A DNA stretch of 62,869 nt, filler included, from Octopus bimaculoides (Eukaryota): assembly GCF_001194135.2 (NCBI RefSeq). It is 3 parts of 3 records of this genome, joined end to end, with 100 filler letters (N's around TTAATTAATTAA, not from the genome) between each part and the next. Parts side by side here need not be neighbours in the genome. Positions count along the whole stretch, not along the records: positions 24,079 to 53,893 come from NC_068984.1; positions 53,994 to 62,869 come from NC_068999.1; 1 more part is not named here. One strand, written 5' to 3'. Positions 49,706 to 62,435 of the stretch are shown piece by piece. Made by a program: the position numbers and the translations under genes. The notes beneath the pieces were generated by a model. That model saw only the letters and a program-made list of their open reading frames with translations, was not told the origin of the DNA and made no database searches. The stretch's first letter is position 1. Every line of letters starts with the position of its first letter.

Positions 49706-49743
49706 TCTTTCTGTGGCAGAGCGTAGGCTCGAAACGTTAAAGA
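49706..49743 (+). ncRNA. Hammerhead-like motif with a mutated core (probably inactive), in a Penelope-like terminal-repeat relic
   Basis: UCUUU-CUGUGGCA-GAGC-GUAG-GCUC-GAA-ACGU-U-AAAGA: 5-bp stem I, 4-bp stem II, palindromic ACGU stem III; the core box differs from CUGANGA(A) at two positions. Confidence 0.55.
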
Positions 49744-50609
49744 CTTTTTCACTTCCCGAGCATTATACTAATACATTTGTTTATTGTCTACACCACCTGT
49801 CTTTGTCTCTTGTTTTTTTTTTTTTTGTGAGTTCTTCCCCTATGTAATAATGTAGGCATGCATGTACATTTCAGCATTTGAACGGTGTCATTAGTTTCCT
49901 ATCTGCCTAAACAAATTTTGTCAGATACACTACATGCAAACATGGAAAAGTGGGCATAGATGAGACAAAAACAGAATGAGAATGATGATGATGATGATGA
50001 TGACGACGACGACGACGATGACGACAATGATAACAATTACGACAACAATGTCAATGACGACAGCGATGACAACAATGGTGGTGATGGTGACGATGATGAT
50101 GGTGAGGATATAATGCAAATATATTTTACTCAATTCTTCCTTATTTTCCAAATTAATTGAAACAAAACCACTGTATATCCGTAGAAATATGTTAACAAAA
50201 ATGTTAAGTACCAACATATGTCTTTGGGAAATTGTAAATGATGCTTATTGTAAACTTTGTCATATGTACTTATATACAGCTCTAGATATGATATACAATT
50301 TCTTTTATTTCTTACAATCATCACTGACAGCACTGAAATCTCAGATTTTTAAGGGAAGGGTCTGGATTATATACACATGTGGCAGATTCATTTCTTTTTT
50401 CTGGCATGCATTTTACAGTTAAGGGAGGTTTTTATAGGCTTAAAATCAATGAAGCTTAACTGCATAAAGCATTCATTACAATCATAGCAAAGAATATTTT
50501 TCAATGACTACAGGGTGTCCACAAAGTCTGGGTATATGGGGATTAACACATACTTTAAGAAATTATTATTTCTTATATTTATTTGCTTATATATACATAT
50601 ATAGAAACT

Positions 50610-50759
50610 CTACCAAATCAGATTGGAGCCTGGTGTAGCCTTCGGGCTCCACCAGTCCTCAGTCAAATCGTCCAACCCATGCTAGCATGGAAAGTGGACA
50701 TTAAACAATGATTATGATGATGATGATGATATATATATATATATGTGTGTATGCATGTA

Positions 50760-50804
<45 letters not shown>

Positions 50805-50960
50805 GGCTTCTTTCAGTTTCTATCTACCAAACCTGCTCACAAGTCTTTGGTTGGCCTGGGGCTATAGTAGAAGATACTTTCCCAAGGTGCCACACAGTGG
50901 GACTGAACCCGGAACCATGTGGTTAGTAAGTAAGCTACTTACCACACAGCCATGCCTGCG
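50610..50960. mobile_element. Family D tail (+) followed by a SINE-A 5' half (-)
   Basis: cagattggagcctggtg...aaagtggacattaaacaatgat; then gggcttctttcag...accacacagccatgcctgc. Confidence 0.83.
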
Positions 50961-53369
50961 CCTACATATTGAATATATGTATTGAATTGTTTTATTATGT
51001 TAATAATTTCAGTTATTAAACAGTGGACATTCTGAAGCAATGCTTTGAGGTTTCAATTAATTATATCAAACATGTGATTGCATCCAGTATGTTTAGTTGA
51101 TGGGCAAAATAGGAAAAGACAGTTGACTTGAGCTAGGGTGCATTTTAACTCAGAGCATAAAGTTCTATAAGCAAATACTATAAGGTATATTTTCCCATAG
51201 GTTTTACTCATTCAGCTGATTTATTTCCAGTTTTGAAAAATGAACCAGTCTTCTGAATGAGAAAGTGAGAAACGTAATTTCACCAACTTCTGATGCACAC
51301 ATGGACTTGACAAAAGTGATTCTAAAATATCTAATGTTCCTAAACACTGTAAAATAGATTGCGTTACAAAAGCTCATATATGTTGAAGTAACTTACTATT
51401 AGTAAAATTCCTTGTTAATATGAGAGATTTCAGGAAAGATAAAACTTATCTCCAAGATTAAATTTTCTAGAATAAATCTACTTAGATGATGAACATTAAA
51501 AATTGAATTCAGGTTAAGTACATGAGAATAATTTAACCTGAATAACTAACATGTACACATGTAAAAACACACACACACTCACACACATAGGTAGAATTTA
51601 TTCTTATACTGCTACTGAAACATTAGTCAAAAGAGAAAGAATTACAACCAACATAAACTTTCTTGAAAAATATGAAAAATTTTCAGAAAAAGTTATATAA
51701 AACCAAATTACTATGTTAGATATTGATTCTAAGAGAGTAAACTGATTCTAATTTGGTTTTCTGATATACATCAGTAATTTTAACAATCATGCCATTTCAA
51801 ATTTACCAGTCAGAAGTATACTATAACATGAAGAAGAATAAAAACAGCACGAAAAACATCTCAGATAAAATGTGAAGACTTGATATTATTATCTTTGCAT
51901 AATAATCTCTGTATCTGCTTATCTTCATGCAAACTCCTTTACTAATAGCAACTCATTCAGCATATTAAGAAACATTATCTTCCTGTCTGCATCTCCTTGA
52001 TGAATATTGACTATTTTGACAAACAATTAAATATTCTCATCAAAAGAATTTTTTTTTAATTCTTTTCTTTTTTTTTTAATTCAGTGAAGTATGATTTTAG
52101 TGTTTTTAAACTTAAAACAAAACTTTGATATTCAAATTGCTATATAAAATTTCTTCTTGTATGATCTACGGAAGAGATAAAAACATTCTATTAAGCTATT
52201 TCGCTCTTGAAAAGCTGGCACTTTTATGTACAGCTTGTAAATCAAATTTTTTAGTGTCAGTAATATCATTTTTCATTCAACAGAATCTATTTCATTTAAT
52301 TTGATTGAAAAGTCATTAAAATTCATTTTATGAAGCAAAGAGATATGTCAATTGTTTGAAATATGTTTTCTCCCCAGAAAGCATTACCATCTAAATTTTT
52401 ATACTTTTTAATATCTATTGAAATAAATTTCAAAATGGTATTTATAATAATTATGATAGATATTATGATAGATACACCCCCTACACACACGGGCAAACAC
52501 ACACACACAAACGCATTGGCATATACATACACACATATATATATGCATGCGTATGTATGCGTTTCTTTATATTTGTGAGAGTGTACATAAAGTGCATGAT
52601 TTAGTGTTCTTGTATATACGTGTGTGCCAGTGTACATACATACACACACACACAGAGCTTAAGGGTACAGTGACGTTTTCTCACCACAAAATTTATTCCC
52701 CTTTCCAGCTCCATCTCACTTTCTCTCACCCACTGTTACATAATGTAAAATAGCCATTCATTTCCTCTGCAGCAAAAAAGAACCTATTCCTGTTTCTTCT
52801 TTCATACTTAGCAAAAAAGTGCCTCCTCCCACTCTACTGTATCCCACTGCCAGTTAATGAGGCACTTTAGCCTGTGAGTTACAAGGCAACCTCACCAGTA
52901 CCAGCTTCATATAAAAAGAGACCTAAACACTTAGCACACTCTGTATAATAGTTATCAACATAGAGAAGTTCCTGTTCTGGTGAGGAGAAATATGATACAT
53001 GGTACGGAAGTGAGAACTGAGCCCTGGTGAATTCTCATCTACACACTAAATTAATTGCTGAATTGTTGTTAACTCTCACTTCAGTTGCAGCACTTCTGTA
53101 CTTGGAGGGAGCTCAGCAACCATTCATCTACTCCTAGCTTCCACAATGACCACTAGATCAGAAAGTGGACAGCAAGCAATTACACTAATAGCTGGAACAT
53201 AAGCTAGACAGATTAGTGTTCCATAGACAAGCTGAAGCAAGATATTTGCCAATGTATTGCTATAAAAGATCAGAGGTATATGTATGTATGTATGTATGTA
53301 TGTATAAAACAAAGTGATTTTCACCTATTGTTAAGGGTCTTTTCAGATTTGACAGTGGTTTTCATCTGT

Positions 53370-53585
53370 TTGTGCTGCCTGACTGGCCCGCATGCTGGTG
53401 GCATGTAAAAAGCCCCCTCCCCTTCACTCTCAGAGGTCAGCGTTAGGAAGGGCATCCAGCTGTAGAAGAATTGCCAGATCAGATTGGTTCTTGGCGCATC
53501 CTCCTGGCTTGCTAGTTCTCGGTCAAACTGTCCAACCCATGCCAGCATGGAAAGGGGACATTAAACAATGATGATGTTAATGATG
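53370..53585 (+). mobile_element. Family D tail
   Basis: gcgttaggaagggcatccagctgtag...ccaacccatgccagcatggaaag. Confidence 0.83.
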
Positions 53586-53893
53586 ATTTCAATTTTAACT
53601 CTAAATTAATCTGAAAGTTGTGGGAAAAAATACAAAGACCAAAAAAAAAAAAAAGTACTATTGAAAACAATTACTTCTTTATAGATCACTTCAAAAGCTG
53701 AAAACAGCAAATAATACTTTCACAATAACTTCCTTCCTTAAGGATACCTTGAAATTGTTTTTGTTTTTAAATATATTTAATAGTTTTTAAGAAATCTTTA
53801 TATTATTACTTGTGTGAATCACATACTCCCCACAGGTATGTTTTTAAATACTACATATATAAATATACATTTACATACGCATGCACACGCACA

Positions 53894-53993
53894 NNNNNNN
53901 NNNNNNNNNNNNNNNNNNNNNNNNNNNNNNNNNNNNNTTAATTAATTAANNNNNNNNNNNNNNNNNNNNNNNNNNNNNNNNNNNNNNNNNNNN
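53894..53993. other. Artificial 100-bp scaffold spacer (44N-TTAATTAATTAA-44N)
   Basis: Identical layout to 23979-24078. Confidence 0.95.
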
Positions 53994-54086
53994 GGGGGGG
54001 GGGATAACACGTGCCATACTATGCCGTGTCTTTCTATGATCGGGAAAGTGGTTTCGGTTTTTGCAACAGAGAGAAGAGGACCTTAC

Positions 54087-54661
54087 GATGCAGTTGGTCC
54101 AGTGGTTCACAAGCTTACGTATTCCCTCCAAGAAGAAGGTTTTCGGTTGGTCGTGCAACCATTTATGCACCGCTTCTTTCACATCTTCGTCCATAGGAAA
54201 TCGAAGACCTTGCAAACCATATTTGAGTGCTCCAAAGATATGATAGTCGGAAGGTGCAAGATCTGGGCCATGGGCAGGTTGTTCCAGCACCTCAAGCCAC
54301 AATTGGTTAATGATTTCAACGGTCTGGGCGGCCGTGTGTTGGCGTGCATTGTCATACAGCAACAAAGCTTTCTTCGGCAATAGACTTCGGCGTTTGGTGC
54401 CAGTTGCTGGCTTCGGTTTATTGACCAGCAACGCATTGTATCCTGCGCTGTTGATCGGATCACTGCCCTTTGTTCTTCCTTGGTGCACATTGCTAGTGGA
54501 GCGGCCATACTTACACTGTAAAGCCAGAAAGAAAAATGGCATGATCAGGCTCAAACTTCGATCACGTGACTACAACAGTACCAACGCATGCGCAGAAGGC
54601 AGTGTGACAATAATAAAAATGTTTTGTGGCGAAAGTGTGGATAATCTTTGACTTTCCCTCG
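54087..54661 (-). mobile_element. Internally deleted mariner element with one intact TIR
   Basis: The 5' TIR reads TA-cgagggaaagtcaaagattatccac (TA at 54662-54663). N-terminus MAAPLAMCTKEEQRAVIR is joined directly to the C-terminal LLYDNARQH...GPDLAPSDYHIF...WTNCI (D34D region). Confidence 0.9.
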
Positions 54662-55037
54662 TATATTCAGCAGGACACACGCTTACATATATACGTATTG
54701 GCGTATAGCAGTAAAATCGAGTTTTGCCTGACGGCTGACTGATACCGTTTATCGTGGGCAGCTAGCCGTCAAGCGAAACTGGAACCAACTTTGATCTTTG
54801 TTTGATAGAATAAATTTATCTGTTCACTATTAACTAAACATTAAGCTCTATATCAAAATATTTAAAATACTTGTGACATGTATATATACAAACTTGTACA
54901 TATCTTTACAATCCTTCAATGTCTTACACACACACACGTGCACGTACACACACACACACCATACACAGATTTATATGAGTATGTGCATAGACGTTTACAT
55001 ATGAATGTGTGTATCTGTGTACGTACATGCGTGTGTG

Positions 55038-55081
<44 letters not shown>

Positions 55082-55278
55082 CATTCACATATATACATGC
55101 ATTCATACATGTATATATTTGTACACACACACATATATATATAAATATGTGCGTGCGCGCGCGAATTCGCACGCGCACATACACTAACAATACCCTACAA
55201 AGTTCCATATATATAATTGGACTCGCAGGAACTGTTTTTGTCAGACGAACATTTTCCATCTTTGGAAAAAAAAAAAAA

Positions 55279-55356
<78 letters not shown>

Positions 55357-55855
55357 CCTCTCTCTTTCAGACAAGGAAATTGTTTTTAACGATTTACATT
55401 CTGATCAATAACCTTTCATAGGTTACTCAGTACACACACTGCCACACATACACACAACTACATATATACATATATATATATATATTCACACACACACACA
55501 TATATACATACACACACACATATATATATATGCATAGCTACATACATACACACACACACAAACATATACACACACAAACACATACTCTTATGCTTTTCTC
55601 CTTCTAGAAGCTTCAGTCATTGGACAGCAGCCATATTGGTATTTTTTTATTGATCTCCGCAAAACCAGGAAACATTTGACTTTTCTATTTATTCAATCGA
55701 TCCCTATTTAATATATTACAAAGCAAACACTTATATAAATACAGGCCGTATCGGTTTACATCGGCAAACGCGAACTTTGTCGCACTGACACATTTATATA
55801 AACATATGCATGCAACAAAGATCAAGAAAATGGAATTCACGCGATTCTTTATTAA

Positions 55856-55923
55856 TCACTACGATCGTTTCGACCCTGACGGGTGAGATTCTGTACAGAT
55901 AGCTGATGTGCTTCGTCAAGTGA
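55856..55923 (-). ncRNA. Variant type I hammerhead motif in a Penelope-like terminal-repeat relic
   Basis: UCAC-UUGACGA-A-G-[26 nt]-ACCC-GUCA-GGGU-C-GAA-ACGAUCGU-A-GUGA, then AAUAAA (55853-55848). Stem I 4 bp, palindromic stem III, GUA site, C3U substitution. Confidence 0.55.
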
Positions 55924-56082
55924 GATGCGCCTCGTCGAGTACGTTGCCAAAAAGTACCTTGTTAATTAACCTCGTTTATTTTGATTAGAATACATTTCGG
56001 TATTTGTCTCTAGCTAGTGATGTTTATCATGTTAACTTACTGGTAGCGCTACTGGTAATATGTAAGCCAGTAATATAACAAT

Positions 56083-56392
56083 CGTGGAGGCGCAATGGCC
56101 CAGTGGTTAGGGCAGTGGACTCGCGGTCGGTGGATCGCGGTTTCGATTCCCAGACCGGGCGTTGTGTGCGTTTATTGAGCGAAAACACCTAAAGTTCTAC
56201 GAGGCTCTAGCAGAGGGTGATGGCGACCCCTGTTGTACTCATTCGTTCCAACTTTCTCTCACTCTTTCTTTCTGTTTCTGGAGTAAAGCTGCGATGGACT
56301 GGCGTCCCGTCCAGCTAGGGGGAGGGGAACACATACGCCATAAAAACCGGGAAACCGGTCCCATGAGCCTGGATAGGCTTTAAAAGGGGCGC
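56083..56392 (+). mobile_element. tRNA(Arg)-like-headed SINE, CpG-rich
   Basis: A-box tggcccagtgg, TCG anticodon-like loop (gactcgcggtc), B-box ggtttcgattccc, and a ctgcgatggactggcgtcccgtccag block. There is no tRNA acceptor stem. Confidence 0.85.
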
Positions 56393-57354
56393 ATAGAAAA
56401 TAAAAAAAATATAACAACCAGTCACATTGTCCGCACGTCAACGTCTAAATCGGCAACTATATGAAACCTACTTGATAATAAGGGTGTTTTCATTGAACGC
56501 CCTGCAAAGCGAAAAACAAAAGCTATCAACGGTTGAATTATCTTACCAGAGTGAACGGTCATAAGCAGTTTGGCGTGAAACATCCTGAGTTTTTGTTTAG
56601 AAAAACTCTGCTGTGAAACCTGAGATTCCATTTGCGTCCAATAGTAGAGCCTAGTTCTTCATTTAGGGTGAACGATTTCGTTGTTTAGAGAGCGAGAATG
56701 GTCCAGTGTAAGGCCTTTTCTCGCCTTGAAACACTTCAGCTACAAGCATCACCTGATTTTTAGCAGTTCTATTACGTGTTTCCATACCATGGATGGGTGC
56801 AGCCTTTAAAAAAGCAAAATCACAATGAAACATTCCGCGATGGAATGAAGGAGTGCGTCAGCGTGGGTGGTGACACTCTGAACACGTGCTACAAGGGGCG
56901 AAAAATGCCTACCAGTGTACACACATTAAGTATGTTATAAACACACACACACACACACTCACACACACACACACGACAGATAGTTGTTTTCCCTTGCATA
57001 CATGTATAACAAACATGCATATGTTTGTGTGTGTATGTGTGTGTTTGCTTGTGTGTGCATACGTGCGTGCATGAGTGTGCATGCATGTATGTGTGTGTGA
57101 GTGTATGCGAGATTGTGTGTGCATGCGTGCGTGCATGAGTGTTCGTGCATGTGTGTGTGTGAGTGTATGCGTGATTGTGTGTGTATGCTTGTAAAGGTGC
57201 AGGCTAGTTTACAGGTGGATGAGCTTATGAGCGTCAGCACATATCGTCCACGCCCACAAATAATCTCATCAGAAAACCTCAAGATGCCAGACATATTACA
57301 CAGAAGCAAGAAACGCACCCTGTCTAACTTCCATTATTACACTTATCCAAACAA

Positions 57355-57573
57355 GATGGCGAGCTGGGAGAATCGTTAGCGCGCTGGACGAAATACTTAG
57401 CGGAATTTCACCCGTCGCTACGTTCTGAGTTCAAATTCCGCCGAAGTTAACTTTGCCTTTCATCCTTTCTGGGTCGATAAATTAAGTACCAGTTGAATAC
57501 TGGGGTTGATCTAATCGACTGCCCCCCCCCACACTCAAATTTCAGGCCTTGTGCCTATGATATAAAGGGTTAT
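57355..57573 (+). mobile_element. SINE-B, full length, CpG-retaining
   Basis: ggcgagctgg...gttctgagttcaaattccgccg...gcctttcatcctttctgggtcgataaattaagtaccag...ggccttgtgcc. Confidence 0.9.
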
Positions 57574-57924
57574 TATACTTATTCGATACCATTTCGCTAG
57601 ATTACCGAATCTTGTTGTTGTGGTTGCTGCTGCTGCTGCTGTTGTTGTTGTTGTTGTATAACCATTGGACATGTCTACAGAGGTTCCATAAAGCCAGCAA
57701 GGTGTAACCTGTAGAAGAGATTATTTACCTGCTATTTCTAGCCTAGCCTTATCCAGGTGTTGTCTCGTCACTGTGTTCGATATTTGGTACGGTTAGTCGG
57801 CTGAATATACATTTTCTTTTGATGTTGGAATATCTAATTAATGTGAAGAATTATTTTTTCGTTTCTAATTACAAATTGTTCCATGTTTCGAAGTTCTCCG
57901 ATTTAGAAAGAATTGGTAATAACG

Positions 57925-58200
57925 GTGATGGTGGTGGTGGTGGTGGTGGTAGTGGTGGTGAAGGGAACAACGGTGATTGTGGTGGTAGCAGTGTTAGTAG
58001 TAGTACTAATGGTGTTAGTTGCGTTTGGGGCAGTATTGGCAGCAGTGCTTGTGGTGGTGGTAGTGGTGGTTGCAATGGTTTTAGTAGTAGTGGTGTTAGT
58101 GGTGGTTGGGGTGGGGATTGTGGTAGTGATGGTGGTGGTAGTGGTGATAGTAGTAGTGGTGTTTTTAATGGTTGTAGTAGTAGTAGTAGTTTGTGGTGGT
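57925..58200. repeat. (GGT/AGT)n degenerate trinucleotide tract
   Basis: Direct repeats; source of the Gly/Ser-, Val- and Pro-rich ORFs. Confidence 0.9.
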
Positions 58201-58260
58201 AAGCATGAAGTTTGTAACCAAGGTCTGAAGTATTAAAGCATTTGACATACATGTATATAT

Positions 58261-58495
58261 CGTGGCATTCCGTTACGACGACGAGGGTTCCAGTTGATCC
58301 GATCAACCGAACAGCCCGTTCATGAAATTAACGTGCAAGTGGCTGAGCACTCCACAGACACGTGTACCTTTAACGTAGTTCTCGGGGAGATTCAGCGTGA
58401 CACAGAGAGTGACAAGGCTGGCCCTTTGAAATACAGGTACAACAGGAAGAAAGAGTGAGAGAAAGTTGTGGTGAAAGAATACAGCAGGGTTCACG
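58261..58495 (-). mobile_element. SINE-E 3' part, CpG-rich
   Basis: Homologous to 23150-23340 in the opposite orientation. Confidence 0.7.
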
Positions 58496-58813
58496 NNNNN
58501 NNNNNNNNNNNNNNNNNNNNNNNNNNNNNNNNNNNNNNNNNNNNNNNNNNNNNNNNNNNNNNNNNNNNNNNNNNNNNNNNNNNNNNNNNNNNNNNNNNNN
58601 NNNNNNNNNNNNNNNNNNNNNNNNNNNNNNNNNNNNNNNNNNNNNNNNNNNNNNNNNNNNNNNNNNNNNNNNNNNNNNNNNNNNNNNNNNNNNNNNNNNN
58701 NNNNNNNNNNNNNNNNNNNNNNNNNNNNNNNNNNNNNNNNNNNNNNNNNNNNNNNNNNNNNNNNNNNNNNNNNNNNNNNNNNNNNNNNNNNNNNNNNNNN
58801 NNNNNNNNNNNNN

Positions 58814-58865
<52 letters not shown>

Positions 58866-59566
58866 TGTGTCTATAAATATTATATGTGACCAATTTGTGA
58901 ACATTAAGAGGATATTTTAAGCACATACACTCTCAATATGTGTGTGTTTGTGTATTACACGTATTTTACGCACAAGCGCGCACATCTCATTGACAGTGTA
59001 TTTGCTAAAATATCCTCCTAATGTTCACAAATTCCTCACATATAAAATACCAAAAGTACTTTTGTTACCGAATGTGTGGCTTGATCCCTGGACACTTCAT
59101 AACAAATGCTTCAATATTTTGCTGATGTTTGAAAATGTGATACTGTACTATGATGACTCTAGTCGCGAAATTGAGTCACCGTTTATACAATTAAAAACAA
59201 TCTAGCCGAATCAAAATGTCAACTTAATTACCTGGCGAAACATATTAAAATTCTAATTAATTATATCATTATAAATTTTGTTTGCTTATAATATTTTCTG
59301 GGTTATTTTTTGAAAATAAATTTTGTGATAATTTTAAAAAAAAACGTTTAAAGTTTTCAAATCGCTGAGCTGTTTTTTTTTTTTGGTCGTAATAATTAAA
59401 AGATGTTTAATGAGATTTTAGTTATCAAAAATTGTTTTTGCAATAATGTGTTTCCGATGTTAGTGTGATCTGTAAATTATCCCTTTTTTTTCCTTCTTTG
59501 CAAAATTTCTTTTCATTCAATGTATTTAGTTTTTCACTCAGAGAGAATGATATACAAAATCATACA

Positions 59567-59596
59567 TACGTACGTACGTACGTACGTACGTACGTA

Positions 59597-59647
<51 letters not shown>

Positions 59648-59650
59648 ATA
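59567..59650. repeat. (TACG)7 followed by (TATC)n
   Basis: Direct repeats; (TACG)7 at 59567-59594. Confidence 0.93.
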
Positions 59651-61176
59651 TATATATCAACATACATAAATACACACACACACGTACTGATATTCATATT
59701 GATATTTATATATTTAATAGATTTCGATATTCTGTATATTTATATATCTTCATTTATATATATATGTATATATATATATATATATACGAAAGTCAGTAGA
59801 GATTGGTTGATGGGCAAAATAGTATATGTGCATGTGTGCACATTGGTGTACATATATGCATGTAGAGTATATGTATATATGTCGCATGTATATAAGCATG
59901 TAGCCATGTATGCATGTGTGTACACTAAATTTTGTCACATACACTAAGCTACACAAAATCAAAAGGAGAAACATCAGATTCAATCTACCATTCATCTAAT
60001 CGTAGTGACAAATGAGGTGAAAGTTCAAATCACGAAAGTCTGAAAAATGTTTATCTTTTTGTAAAAGCTGAAAGGAAAGCGGCACCCCACATCGGAAAAG
60101 AAATATATTTGCAATGAATCAAACCATGATTCAGCAACCAAACTGCTGGGTTGCTGAAAACGAAAGGAATACACATGTAAATAGGTGTGCACGACTGTCA
60201 AACTGATAAAAATTACTCCAGAACAACAAGTAAAACGTTTAAAGTAAGATTCACACAACATACATCGTTGTTTCGCAATATTCGCAATAGATACACGATG
60301 TTTGCTCTATTAAAGGAAAGACAAGAAAACTAAGCAAGATGTTCATCAACTGGAGACAACAACAGATGCCACTTGTCTGAGATGCCATGCAGGGTATCGA
60401 ATCCCAAACCAAGTATTTGAGCAGTGCCCTATATTAACCACAGAACCCGTCTTTGTGAGTGAATGCCTTCCTTTCATTTGTTAAAGAGTCCCACTTTATA
60501 CTGGTATTGATAAATAGTGCAGTATTTTGAATTATATAAAAAAAATTTAATAGTGTTCATATATAACTATTGCGAATATTCTACCATAATCAATATATCA
60601 ACACAGTTTAGCGGCAAAGATATTAAAATATTAATTAGTTATATTAATTAGTTATATTATTATAAATTTTTTGTTCGCTAAAGTTATTTCGTGATAATTA
60701 AAACACGTTCCAATTTAGACCGACATGTAAATTAATTTTCTTAATTCATTTTTTCATTCTCCCGTGTTTTTCAACACAGATAAACAGTTCCAACTATAGT
60801 TGAAATATTTACAGTTTTCATTTATATAATAATATTTATATGGTGCATTATCTATAGCATAATTTCTATGACGGCTTCATTGCATTCTCCTACTCTCTAT
60901 GCACGTGTAGAGGTAAGTACGTATATATTTATATGTATATGTATATAGGTATAGTTACACACACGCACGCACACACACAGAGGCAGACACACACACACAC
61001 AGAGGCACACACACACACACACACACACGCACACACACATCGGCGAATTAATGAACGAATGAAAGAAATTGTCTTAACACATTTGATATGAGTTACGCAT
61101 ATTTTGATAACGCTCTGACTCAGCTGTATATGATTTCACATTTATATTTAAATGCATGTATATATATATATAATAT

Positions 61177-61210
<34 letters not shown>

Positions 61211-61710
61211 NNNNNNNNNNNNNNNNNNNNNNNNNNNNNNNNNNNNNNNNNNNNNNNNNNNNNNNNNNNNNNNNNNNNNNNNNNNNNNNNNNNNNNNNNN
61301 NNNNNNNNNNNNNNNNNNNNNNNNNNNNNNNNNNNNNNNNNNNNNNNNNNNNNNNNNNNNNNNNNNNNNNNNNNNNNNNNNNNNNNNNNNNNNNNNNNNN
61401 NNNNNNNNNNNNNNNNNNNNNNNNNNNNNNNNNNNNNNNNNNNNNNNNNNNNNNNNNNNNNNNNNNNNNNNNNNNNNNNNNNNNNNNNNNNNNNNNNNNN
61501 NNNNNNNNNNNNNNNNNNNNNNNNNNNNNNNNNNNNNNNNNNNNNNNNNNNNNNNNNNNNNNNNNNNNNNNNNNNNNNNNNNNNNNNNNNNNNNNNNNNN
61601 NNNNNNNNNNNNNNNNNNNNNNNNNNNNNNNNNNNNNNNNNNNNNNNNNNNNNNNNNNNNNNNNNNNNNNNNNNNNNNNNNNNNNNNNNNNNNNNNNNNN
61701 NNNNNNNNNN

Positions 61711-61915
61711 GTCTGTGTTTGACCTCTACCACCGCTTGACGACCGGTGCTGGTGTGTTTAAGACCCTGTAACTTTGCGGTTTGGCAAAAATGAATGAGAG
61801 AATAAGTACCAGTCTTAACAAGAAAAAAGTACTGAGGTCGATTCATTCGACTAAAAATTCTTCAAGGCGGTGCCCCAGGAGGGCTGCAGTCTAATGACTG
61901 AAACAAGCAAAAGAT
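61711..61915 (+). mobile_element. SINE-A 3' half (5' half presumably in the gap)
   Basis: ccaccgcttgacgaccggtgctggtgtg...gaataagtacc...cagtctaatgactgaaacaag. Confidence 0.85.
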
Positions 61916-62244
61916 ACAAAAATGAAAAACTAAAGACGAAACATATCAATGTGACTTTTCCATCTTGAAAAGAGTAGAGTTTCGTTCAATGGATAATTGG
62001 CTGCTTTTTCTAGCAGATTCAGTCACCTCACGTAGGGAAGGAGGCAGTCATTGATTTGTCCATCTTGTTTAAGGTGGGAGAGAAGCTCTTTAACAAGATT
62101 CAATATCTGCTACCTTTCTTCTTTCTTTGAATCTTATACGAACAAAGTTCAACGAAACACGTTCATAAATAAATAGATAAATAAATAAATAAATAGATGA
62201 ATAAATAAATAATTAAATAAATAAATAAAAATCACAGAACTCAC

Positions 62245-62403
62245 CTCTTTCATTTTAATCTCGTAAATCTTGTCACCATATCGCTAATTGGTGTCTATCT
62301 TTCTATTATAAAGATAGACGCTACACCAAGATATCGCGACCAAATCTTACATTTATCTCTCTCGCTGACTATCACCACCACCATCATCATCATCACCACC
62401 ACC

Positions 62404-62435
<32 letters not shown>

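Noticed and set aside
57819-58306. Gly/Ser-, Val- and Pro-rich ORFs as structural proteins
   Set aside because: They derive from a degenerate (GGT/AGT)n tract open on both strands.
60130-60158. Perfect 10-bp hairpin (ttcagcaacc/ggttgctgaa) as an intrinsic terminator
   Set aside because: The context is eukaryotic, there is no upstream gene or clear U-tract, and isolated short hairpins are expected by chance.
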